Shown piece after piece: positions 52,900 to 64,000 of a stretch of 64,000 nucleotides of DNA. The position numbers and the translations under genes are program-made. The DNA is from Octopus sinensis (Eukaryota), in assembly GCF_006345805.1 (NCBI RefSeq), contig NC_043001.1:68820001-68884000 (forward strand). Direction: 5' to 3'. The notes under the pieces are model-generated. The model had not been told where the DNA came from and searched no databases. It was given only the letters and a program-made list of their open reading frames with translations. Position 1 is the stretch's first letter; each line of letters begins with the position of its first letter.

Positions 52900-54201
52900 T
52901 ACATCTTTTTAATTGTTCTTTGACTGCCTCTTGCATCGCAATAGCCAAAGCTTGGCGGATAAAATATGATTCACAGGTAGCAATTTTCATAGATGTTTAT
53001 ATATCCAGGATAGTGACGAGAAATGTAATTTAGATGGGCGATGTGCGTTCATCTAACAAGTCTGCCACTATTCCTCTCGCTGTTAAGCGAAGAGTTCTCT
53101 TATTTGTCGTCTCTAGTAACCAATCAGAGTAATATACAAATAAGACGTGCCTAATACGCCTGACCTATGAGTGAAGAGTACGTTGTGACAGTGATGTCAT
53201 TGTTGACCACCGTGATAACGAAGTCATATTTTTGTTTGTCTAAATCCAAGCATTTGACACTCACATTGATTGCATCTGTTTCAAGTAATTGTTATCGATG
53301 AGCAAAATTATGCAAATCAATTCCAAGGATAAAGATATGTTGATAAGGAGCTAAACCTATGCACTCATGAAGTATTTTATGCCTTTTTTCAAGCAGTTTT
53401 ATTGCTTTTTATAAAGAAAATGATTTGTTTTATAAAATTTTGTTATATAATCTTGCATTCTGTGTTCTTCAAACAATTGATAGAGTTGTGCATAACAGGG
53501 CACGACGTGTCTGGTAATAGAAAGTAATTTAGAGAAATTTATTATTAAACTAGCTTAAAAGCTTCACTCCGTAGAGACTAGCAAGCTTACTACTGCGGAG
53601 GGCTAGTTGGGTCTGCAGTCCAAAACTAAAGAGGGCTAAATACCATGAATGTAATTCATTTATAATGACTATATGCCCCGGTGGGGTTTGATCTGAGGAT
53701 AAGAATTAATTCTGATAAGAAGTAATTCTGTAATAGAATCATTCTATTGTTCTAGTAACGATTTTAATTCCAACTGTTGACCAATTTGTCCCAAAGTTCT
53801 TATCTCGACGTAAAATCAACGAAGCGAATGTCATTTATCTCTCCCTTGATCTCTGACGTCATCAAACAAACGCTAACCAGGATAGTGTAAATCAACCAAG
53901 ATTTGCTTGTAAGAAATAGCAACCCAAATTCTTTTAAATCAGATCCCAATGCTGGATGTTCAAGAACCAAACGAAGGGCAGATTTTTAATCCCGAGTCCA
54001 TCCTGAATTCAGAAAGGTATAATATGTCTATGTAGAGCAAATGTAGACTGAGATACACGGGTTCCAGACAGAATTTCGTGTTTACTATTATAGATTTAAT
54101 TGTTCTACAGCTTCTGTAAACTTTGCGTAGAACATTCCATCTACTGTCCGCAGATTCTGAAAGATAGGTGCTCCTTTCATTCTACAATATTTCGTCGACA
54201 A

Positions 54202-54418
54202 AAGGCGGCGAGGTGGAAGAAACGTTAGCACGCCGGGCGAAATGCTTAGCGGTATTTCGTCTGTCATTACATTCTGAGTTCAAATTCCACCGAGGTCCAC
54301 TTTACCTTTCATCGTTTCGAGGTCAATAAAGTAAGTACCAGTTGCATACTGGAGTCGATCTAATCGACTGGCCCCCTCCCCCAAAATTTCGGGCCTCGTG
54401 CCTAGAGTAGAAAAGAAT
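54202..54418 (+). mobile_element. Full-length tRNA-derived SINE (family C)
   Basis: A and B boxes. Other copies at about 13660-13720, 19270-19390, 38860, 54840, 57376 and 63478. Confidence 0.9.
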
Positions 54419-54839
54419 ATTATAATGTAACTATTCAAATTCTTTACGGCTGACGTTGTTTAACTATGTAAACGCCTATGTACGTAAAGGTTTCCTTTTC
54501 TAGAAATACTACGAAATTCTTTGGCCAGTTTACAATTGTATTTTATTTTAATATTTCTTTCATGTATAGTTACTTTCAAACAATTTTAGTTATTTCTCTC
54601 ATTTGAAAATTTGAAAATTTGAATTTCAACCATGTCTATTTGTTAAAAATACTTTTTCTCACACGCATGTACTTATATTGCACATTAGAACGCACGTCAA
54701 CAGCAGCTTTCACATTCCACTTACCATCTATGAGCTCACTTCATCAATAGCTTTACTACTTAATCGCACACATTTTAACCTCAACACATACACGTTTTTA
54801 TGTCAGCCAATTTAAAATAGCATACATACCTATTTCTTT

Positions 54840-55037
54840 ACTACCCACAAGGGGATAAACACAGAGAGGATAAACAAGGACAGATACACGGATTAAGTCG
54901 ATTACATCGACCCCAGCGCGTAACTGGTACTTATTTAATCGCCCCCGAAAGGATGAAAGTCAAAGTTGACCTCGGCAGAATTTGAACTCAAAATGTAACG
55001 GCAGACGAAATACGGCTACGCATTTCACCCGGCGTGC
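54840..55037 (-). mobile_element. SINE (family C), inverted relative to 54202-54418
   Basis: cggcagaatttgaactca and actggtacttattt match the family C reverse complement. Confidence 0.8.
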
Positions 55038-55090
55038 AACATTTCCACTCCCACTATATATTCACACACACATATATATATATCCACACT

Positions 55091-55142
<52 letters not shown>

Positions 55143-55294
55143 CACTCCACCGTATATACGTCTCCAGACACAGATGCATTCTGACAGTTACAACTAAATA
55201 CACGTTCCTTCTTGCATTTCTAATACTCCTTCAAAAGAAAAGAATATTCTCCAAGTTTCTAACCCTAATAATTTTCCATGCCGATTTCATTCAT

Positions 55295-55454
<160 letters not shown>

Positions 55455-55629
55455 CTCCTTCTGTTAATGAAGGGCTAATATCAAAAAGCAAAATAGAAAA
55501 CCTATTTCCTTCTAACGTTAAAAAACTACCATTTTGGAGGAACTTTGCTCTCCTCATGCCGCACACCCTAATGTTTATTGCCTTCATACTATACGTGAAG
55601 TGCATTCAGCATATTGTTAAATATACTTA

Positions 55630-55800
55630 GATCCTCATTCGATCTGTCCCAGAAGATGAAGCAATCATCAAAGAAGCGTTTCCACTTTTTATTGATATAT
55701 TTTTTGTACTCTTGATCAAAAGTTTTTCTATTTCCTCATAAAGTTTTTCCTCCAAGTACGCCATAACTAAGTTTGCATATGATAGTGCAAACCGCATACC
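55630..55800 (-). mobile_element. PLE reverse transcriptase fragment
   Basis: GMRFALSYANLVMAYLEEKL resembles the PLE MGxxxAPxYANLFM motif. Confidence 0.75.
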
Positions 55801-56030
55801 CTCTCCACACGCATAGATGCACACATGCACACACTCAAACACACACACAGACACACACACACATAAACACATACATGCATACATACATACACACACACAC
55901 TTCATCCAAAATTGGATGTTTTGAAGGTAAGGCGGAGAATTGCATTTTTTTATTCCAAATGTGGCTCATCTCTACAAATGTTCAGGTATATATGTGTAGC
56001 ATTTGATGTTCTAGCGTTATACACACACAT

Positions 56031-56062
<32 letters not shown>

Positions 56063-56629
56063 TAATTTTATTTAAAAAAATTTTATTTTGAAAATATAAA
56101 ACTAATTTCTTTTCGCACTGAACTACATTTCATCGAAAAAATACTGCATAAGTGTGTTAATTTCCTTCAGATAGCCTTTATATTCATTTATTTAGTTCAG
56201 TTGCAGTACATTTTCCTCAAATGTAGAAATAGCTATGCAGCTTTTTTCAACGATGTATCCATACGAATATCTAAAGTGACCTGAGGAATTCAGTCTCTGT
56301 TAGTCCTTCTTAAAGTATAATTTCGGTGACGAAATTATCAAAAAAACAAAGCAAAACAAAACAAAAAAGCAAAGAAAACGTAATCTACGTAGTAGAAATT
56401 ACATTGAAATACGATATTTTGCTATAGATTCCGATATTATTCAAACATAGAATGATTTTTAGATAGATTAAAAGAAATCAAATGAAGTGGAAATAAATGA
56501 AAAAAATTTAAATAAGGAGGGAATGTGGTTTATTTTGACATTGTTAAAAATCTATAGGGAATAAATCTACGATATTTGAATAGGTTAACTTATATTTTTA
56601 CCTACATAATGTTTTATTAAAAACGATTA

Positions 56630-58330
56630 TTTGGAAAGTACTAAAATGCTTTTCAGTATACAATGGACGCAGCTCAGAGCTAATTCTTTACCATGATTAA
56701 ATAATCTGTATTTTGAGCTAAAGATATGGAATATTTCTTCCGAGCATAAATTACACTTCGAGTCCCAATAGTTGAAGCTCTACAAATTATTACCCATTTA
56801 ATATCAAATTTAGTGTGTCATCATTTAAAAGTAAAATGAATTTACTGTAGAATGTACAATTCCGTTTATCCCTGTCTTTGAACGAAGAAAGGTGGTTACG
56901 CTTCTCTGGTTAGAGTCCGTAGAACATAACCCTATGTAATAAGTAAATATGCTACACGCCGTTACTGTACATCTATAAGCTATATTTTTTCCGAAGTATT
57001 GTACCTCAAATGGACATAATTTGTTCCCAGAGGTACAATGATGCTTATTAATATCAATTCTATGCTTGCTTCTTGTAGAATTATTAGGTACTTCGTCAAT
57101 ATTAATACTATATCAATACGGTTTATTAGTTTCGCTATATGTTAAATTGGGTGTGTTATTAGATTATTCTCTTCACATGATTCGAATAAGCGAGGTTTGG
57201 GCCCGGTTATATCCCTTAAGCCATCTCCCGTAGGCTCATTATCGTTTACACTGGTATTATTAGACGAACATGTGTTTTTCATTTCCCTAGAGTAATTCAT
57301 GTTACGTTCCACACTATCGGTATAGTTATTATTACCACTAGGCACATTATTATTATCAACATTAGCATAATTATTAAGGCGCAATCTGGCAGAATCTTTA
57401 GCATTTCGTCCATCTTCATGTTCTGAGTTCAAATTCCGCGAAGGTTGACTTTCTCTTTTATCTTTCGAGATCGACAAAATAAGTATCAGTTGAGCACTGG
57501 GGCTGATGCAATTAACTTACCTCCTCTCCGAGATTGCTGGCCTTGTGTCAAAATTTGGAATTTATATTAGATTTAATATTCCTGTGATGCAATAATGTGG
57601 ACCATGTTTCTACTTCTCGGAAAGGCAAAACTAATTTTGTACCGATTAAAAATATGGCTATACTAGTTCTAATGCAGCAAAACATTTTGCTGGCGTGTTT
57701 GTTGCAATCTGTGTTCGAAGACAGCATTTTACCATATTATATGTCTAGATGTTGATTTTCTTTTAGGGGAGTGGTCACTTTCCTAAAAGATCTGTTAATA
57801 AGTACTTTATGGGGCTTATCTGAAATTATATCGTTATCCCCTATGTAATTATTCTTATTACGATTTTCGCTATGGTGAGGGTAAACTCCATTATCTTTGT
57901 CAAGGTTTTTTGTTTTACAACCACTTTTTGTATTACCAGTAGTTAGCATAGCGCTTATTCATATGTGCTTTGATTTCATTTTTAGTGATACAGAATAGTT
58001 TATCATTGCATCCAGCTTATTACAGTACTTTTCATTCAACTAGAATCTTATTGCAGTACCTTTCACTCCTGAAAATCTCTTCATTAGTGGATGGTCTAGA
58101 TACACGAAGAGTAATATTTTGAAATATAGAACCAATGATGTTTTTAGGATTATCTGAGATTTTAGATGTACTTACATATTTAAGGTTATCATTGGATTTG
58201 TGTTATGGTTGATATTCTCTCGTACCCAAATCCAAATTAACATCTAGAATATTCTCCCAACTATGTTTACTTTCGATGGAAATAGACAAACTTACACCTT
58301 TAAATAATTTAAAGAGCTTTTTCCCGTATC
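56630..58330 (-). mobile_element. Degenerate PLE (RT end, Asn-rich linker, GIY-YIG), related to 41735-43342
   Basis: NILDVNLDL, EYQP, NITLRVSRPSTNEEIF, NIAYRCTV..YYIG, IKWVII and CNLCSEE motifs. Interrupted by a SINE. Confidence 0.8.
57376..57565 (+). mobile_element. SINE (family C) inserted in the PLE
   Basis: aaggcgcaatctggcagaatc head, gagttcaaattcc B-box. Confidence 0.75.
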
Positions 58331-58339
58331 TTTAAATAT

Positions 58340-60340
58340 TTATATCGCTATATATATATGCGTGTGTGTGTGCTTTGTTTTGGGGATATGCCTGATTGGT
58401 TTTACTCAATATCTTACATGTATACGGATTCACAGGATAGTTGAAATTATAGTCGACATATTTGTTATCAGGAACTTTATATCTGTTGTCAAATGTATTA
58501 TTACCAATTTGCATAATGTTACACTTTGATAATTTCTGTACATTGAACAGCTGTGAAAAGCTGCTGGAGTTTCCTGGCTGACATCCTTAGAGAATCCTTT
58601 ACTATATTAATTATTCTGCATCTCCGAAAGGTACGGATTTAGATTGCCACATGAGCCTCGAATCATACATTTCTTAAACATCTTCCCAAGATGTTGGCTC
58701 ACCATATGGATTAAGTGCTTCTACTGTCATCAATTCATTAATGATGCCTTTATCATTAAAATTATCTTCTTCATCTCACTTGATTAGAATCTCCATTTCC
58801 ATATAATCTCCATTTCTCGAATTCGATAGATTAGTAATATGCCTTAACATTTCCAAAATTATTATTTTAAGGATCACGTTCAATAAATCTGTCCGCTTTA
58901 TCTGAAACAGTCTCACTACAATATCTGTCAAAAGGGATTTGTACAGGAAAGAGATTAATTCTAATTTCATTATCGCAACATATTTCGAATTATGTCACTC
59001 AGTTTGAAGGTAAGAGTTAATAACCTAATGATTTTATAATTTTCCATCATATTAGGTCGTCATTTTACCGATTTGAAGTAGGTGATTCAATATTGTCTGC
59101 TTTCTAACACCAAAAAACAAGGATAATTCACTTGCACTTTGAGATGGATCTGACTCGACAGTGACTTTCAGTTCGTCATTATAAACATTTGTTTCTGGTC
59201 GGCTGAGTTGCTCATTTGTGAGGTCAAAGTTACCAGAACGAAATTTTGCAAACCAACTTGATAATGTATGTTGTGTAATAACATTAGAATGAAATACTCC
59301 GTTAATATTCCGAGCTGTGTGTGATACTGTATTTCGAAGAAAGAACTCATATTTCAAAACTGTACGAATTTCCGACTTATCATCTCTAAGCAAAAATAGC
59401 AAAAAACAATTTATAAATACTTTATAAAGTGCAAAATAAGTTAGAATAAAGAAATAGATGTGTCAGTTTTCTAACAAAAAATAGAGATTGTCAAAATATA
59501 ATAATGGCGCAAAATGAGCAGCTGTCAAAGTTTACCATATATACCTTACTACCAATTTCATACTTGACAACCTAATAGAAAAGTGGATCGTGCTCTCCTT
59601 TCATTGCTCTTTGTGCTAATTTGAATTGCATCCCAACAAATATTAGTGCGTCCATTACTCTTGATAAACACAGGTTTAATGTCCAACCTTCACCGCCATC
59701 TTGGTCCTCGATAGGACATGTAAGTCGCTGGGCTACGATGAAGGGTAAATATGTTATAAAAGACGAGAGGAGTTTCATTATTTTAAGACGAAAGTCATGT
59801 ATAAAATAGTTATTTCTCAAGTTCATCGCCAATTCTTTGAAAGTCACAAAGTTAGAACATCTTGGGCTGTTGCTTTTCTCTATGCTTCTCACCATGTTGA
59901 GTACAGAAATTTGAATCTAATGTCTGCTACTTGTTGAGAGTTTTCACTACTATCTTCTAATATTTTATACTCGTGACTACAAGCATTATTAGCACTGATA
60001 ATCACATCTAGAATAACACTTATCTGAGGGACGCATCTTCTATTATTCTTTTTCTGTATTCTAATATCATCGATCATTTTTTAAAAGATATCGTAATGTT
60101 GCGCAAATTATTGGGACTCGTTCCCTAAAGGATTTTTATAGCTCGTGCCTTGCTTCTGTTTCGTGTTATATTTCTTTGATTTATTTTCTCGCCAATACAC
60201 AACAGGTGTTACCATTTTGTGATAACATTCCTGTAGAAACTTCTACACATGTTACACGTGCAGTTACTTGTGCATTTGAAAGTTCGAACAATTGAAAGTT
60301 GACTTTCTCTTTTGTCGTATGTTTGGTTTAACTTTCATTT
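58340..60340 (-). mobile_element. Degenerate Helitron Rep (HUH endonuclease) fragment
   Basis: LTCP..GGEGW, DIVVRLFQIK, FGNVKAYY*SIEFEKWRL (compare IEFQKRGLPH), KGFSKD..ET..YR and FDNRYKVP (compare DNRWVVPYN). Confidence 0.7.
59052..59575 (-). mobile_element. Internally deleted mariner inserted into the Helitron
   Basis: TTAGGTYGTCA termini. TA TSD at 59050-59051 and 59576-59577. Transposase N-terminus WFAKFRSGNFDL. Confidence 0.85.
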
Positions 60341-62211
60341 CTGGGGTCAATCACAGTGAATCAGAGATATGCAGTAAAATGTAGGTTTTTAAGCGGGAGA
60401 ATGAAGAAAAACAGTTACTAATGCATATCTAACAAATTAATATATAGAGAAAACGAATATTTTGGAAAAAAAACGTACGCCAACAATATAGTTGATTTAA
60501 CAAATTTGATTATACCTACAGACGATATTAACTTATAATCGCAAAACTATAATCATAACGAAATAAGAAAACATGATTTTTCCATCACTTCAGAGTTTGT
60601 GATTTATTAAAAGGAAAGAGATATTAAAAACAAACAAACAAGCAATTAAACGTGGCAATCCAAGATAAAATCAATATGCATACCAAACAACAATGAATAA
60701 TAATCAATGAATTTGTAATCACAACAAAGGACGAAAAAGCTCCAAATGTCGATCACTAACGAATCTGTGAAGGGAAAATTAATTAACAGAATAGAATTAT
60801 TAATTACAAAAGCTATTTCTACTTAACAGACCATCCAAGACTGTTTTAAATACACCTACCAAGTAACAATTTCTTATACATACAAAGTTGTAATTATAAC
60901 GCAGGAGGCAAATTTGAAGATTTCGTACAATTTTAGCTTGTGTAAAGTTTAAAATTGTTTGCTGAAACAATTTGTGTGTGTGTGTGTGTATGTATTGTGT
61001 GTGTGTGTATGTGTGTGTGTTTGTGTAGATGTGTATGTGTGTATGCCTCCATGAGAGTAACGACTGTATTCCGCAAGCCTATATACTTCTGCGTGAGCTA
61101 GTAATGTCTCATGTATGTCTGTACAAATTTATAATGTGAGTTTTTATATGTGTTATTGTGTATTTTGTGCGTATGCGTGTCTATGCGCGCATGCCTTTAT
61201 CTTTCAACGATTACATATTTATGACGTATATTTTGAAGTTTGTTATGACGTATTAATGAACAAAATTCTAACTCATCTCTAGCGAATAAGGTTTTGCCTC
61301 TTTATTTGCCGTAAACGAATAACTGTAGAGAGACAAGTTTTGGGTCATAATATTACCCACGTTTGATTACACGGCCACGTCACATCCTTCTTCCGTGAAG
61401 GGAGTAACTGCAAGAAGTGTCACACGCGTTTGTACCTTATATTTCGTCATCATATACATATATACAAACATACAATACATACATACATACATACATACAC
61501 ACCTATATATAATATATATATATATTATATGTATGTAGATGTATATATATATATTATATATTATATATATATATATATAATATATATATAATATATTATT
61601 ACCTACATACATACATACATATATACATACATACATACCCACACACACATAGATGGTCAAGTAGTTAAGTTTAAATTTTGATATCCTCGATCCGATCCCA
61701 CTGCGTTCCAATGATTTTCCTGTACACAACCAGCTAAAGGCAAATCAAAAAGTGCATTATATTTTTATAAATGAATTCCATTTTCTCTTTTTCTCATATG
61801 TTATATATTCGTCGAACACGAAAGAACTTCTGAAGTAAATCCACTGGTAATTATATCCATACATTTTGATGACATCATATATCTGAAGGCAGAGAACCTG
61901 CTTTGAACGTACACTACCTGGTCATATTCAAATTTTAAATCATTATTTACATATATGTATGAAAATTACTGAGGAGTATTACATTCTACATGAAATTTGC
62001 ATGATAATGTAAGGTAACTCGCTCGCTGTGGGCAAGTTGTCTTCCCTTGTCACTTCAAATAGAACATTTTCTTCATGTAGCTAAACAGTCTGTGACTCTT
62101 ATTTCTAGCAATGGCGGTGCTCACTGCACACTTGGTCACTTTTAGTGACGGTGAATTATTTCCATTTTGGTTTGAAATTGCCTCTAACCACACCTTAATT
62201 ATTGTTATTGT

Positions 62212-62252
<41 letters not shown>

Positions 62253-62499
62253 TATATACGAGAAAGAAGCAACAAGAATGGATAAGTTTTTTAGTACAAT
62301 CGTTTCATACAAAGACAGGTTTATTAAAAGTTGCAAAAATTGCAGCATATAAAAGTGTCCCGTACTCATCAGCTAAATACATATGAGTTCTCCAGACATC
62401 TTAGTGGTTGAGGCTATACTCATGAAGTATTGGAGATAATTAAATAAAATAAAGCAGATTAGGGTGTAAACAGATTTTTTGTATATATATATATATATA

Positions 62500-62546
<47 letters not shown>

Positions 62547-62594
62547 GTATATATACATACATATATATACATAATATATATATATATACAAAAT

Positions 62595-62636
<42 letters not shown>

Positions 62637-62655
62637 TGTATATATACATAATACA

Positions 62656-62691
<36 letters not shown>

Positions 62692-63477
62692 TATATATAT
62701 TATATATATGAATACGCATGATTTAGTGGTTAGTGCTGCACTCACGATTGAAAGATAGTGGTTTCGATCCCCAAACTGGGCATTGTGTTGTGGTTTTGAA
62801 TTCTTGAACAAAACACTTCATTTCCCGATTCCCTGCGATCGTTTCGTCATATGACATGTAGGCAGGTCATGCATCAGTACAGGTAATGTCACTTTAAGAA
62901 GGGAGTGGTGAGCTTATGTAAACACAGACATTTATTCAATTTAAACAAATCAACTGCGTAGTCGTTCAGCAAGGACCTGATGAGCCAACATACATCATGA
63001 TGTGTGAGTCATGATCTATCTACTATCTATCTATCTATCTATCAATCTATCTATCTGTCTGTTCTGTCTGTCTGTCTGTTAGTTTTTATGTATGTACGTA
63101 TATAATATGATATAATATAATATAATATAATATAATATAATATATATATATAAATATATCAACCTTAAAGTGTGGGTGACATATGTCTTGTTTGGTTAGG
63201 ATCGTTTGAACTAAGATGAATCATGTAAAAATCGGGAAAAGGAATACAAACAATGATTATGGGATATTAAGTCATATTACTTATGCCCCATGCTAATTTC
63301 TTTACGCCCGAATGAAGAAATTAATGAGAGGAAGCTTGGATAAATTTACTTGTATATAATTACGGACAATATGTAAACTGGAAGCATCCATTGAAAAATG
63401 CAAATATAACAAGGAAAAATTTACTGCATATCACAGTAAATCAATGTAGAAGATAAAAAGAAGTAGAGAAATAATAA

Positions 63478-63628
63478 TAATAATCCTTTCTACTAAAAGC
63501 ACAAGGTCGAACATTTTGGAATCTAATCGATTACATCGACCCCAGTGTTTCGCTGGTACTTCATTTATTGACTCCGAAAGGATGAAAGGCGAACTCTACC
63601 TCAGCGGAATTTGAACTCAGAACGTAAA
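63478..63628 (-). mobile_element. SINE (family C), 5'-truncated
   Basis: gcggaatttgaactcagaacgta and aatcctttctactaaaagcacaagg. Confidence 0.8.
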
Positions 63629-63629
63629 A

Positions 63630-64000
63630 TTTGCCCACACAGAATATGTTCCTTCTGGTCAAACTGTAAACCAGAAATTTTACTTGGCAGTTCGGAAGCG
63701 TTTGCGAGACGCAGTGAGATAAAAACACCCGACCTGTGGCAAAGTGGAAAGTAAGGGTTTCATCATGACAATGCGACGTACCTGAACACCTCCCGCTTGA
63801 CTGTGAGACAGTTTTTGACTAAAAATGGCATGATCCCATTTACTCATCCTGGCTATTCACCCGATCATGCTACCTGCAGCTTTTCTTGTTCTCCTGAATG
63901 AAAAAAGTCCATAAAAGAAAACGCTTTGCATATGTAGAAGAGGTGAAAAAAAAACGACGGAAACGTTAAAAGGCATCACTTCGCAAGAGTTGCAGGACTC
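63630..64000 (+). mobile_element. Mariner transposase C-terminal fragment, running off the window
   Basis: EYVPSGQTVNQKFY, HHDNA and HPGYSPD motifs. Confidence 0.8.

Noticed and set aside
57142-57477. 111-aa Asn-rich ORF that looks like a host exon
   Set aside because: It is chimeric: the start lies in the antisense of a SINE and the rest is the low-complexity linker of a decayed PLE.
62977-62984. CTGATGAG (also at 32246-32253, and CTGATGA at 46161)
   Set aside because: No compatible stem II, GAAA and stem III downstream.

Overview
AT-rich, microsatellite-dense animal genomic DNA. The SINE families and repeat landscape look like an Octopus/coleoid cephalopod genome (inference, not verified). 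Nearly all ORFs in the supplied track are microsatellite or transposon artefacts. The window is dominated by decayed mobile elements: Penelope-like elements (PLEs, RT and GIY-YIG), two R4/Dong-type RLE LINEs in (TAA)n, mariner/Tc1, hAT, a Chapaev3-like transposase, a Helitron Rep relic, a MITE with an 8-bp TSD, and several tRNA-derived SINE families. A weakly supported multi-exon host gene on the minus strand is suggested by four phase-compatible exons at 2.8-5.4 kb and a strong RFX X-box at 45.7 kb; its product is not recognised. The most notable signal is a dense set of minimal type I hammerhead ribozyme (HHR) folds from several repeat families. Two are fully canonical (16.4 kb and 17.2 kb). 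Two short non-coding, retrozyme-like families carry non-canonical cores: a G3-C8 swap with an extra G, and a U4C core with a GUU site. Several HHR-bearing repeats occur as head-to-head palindromes. All folds were read by eye and none is experimentally or computationally confirmed.
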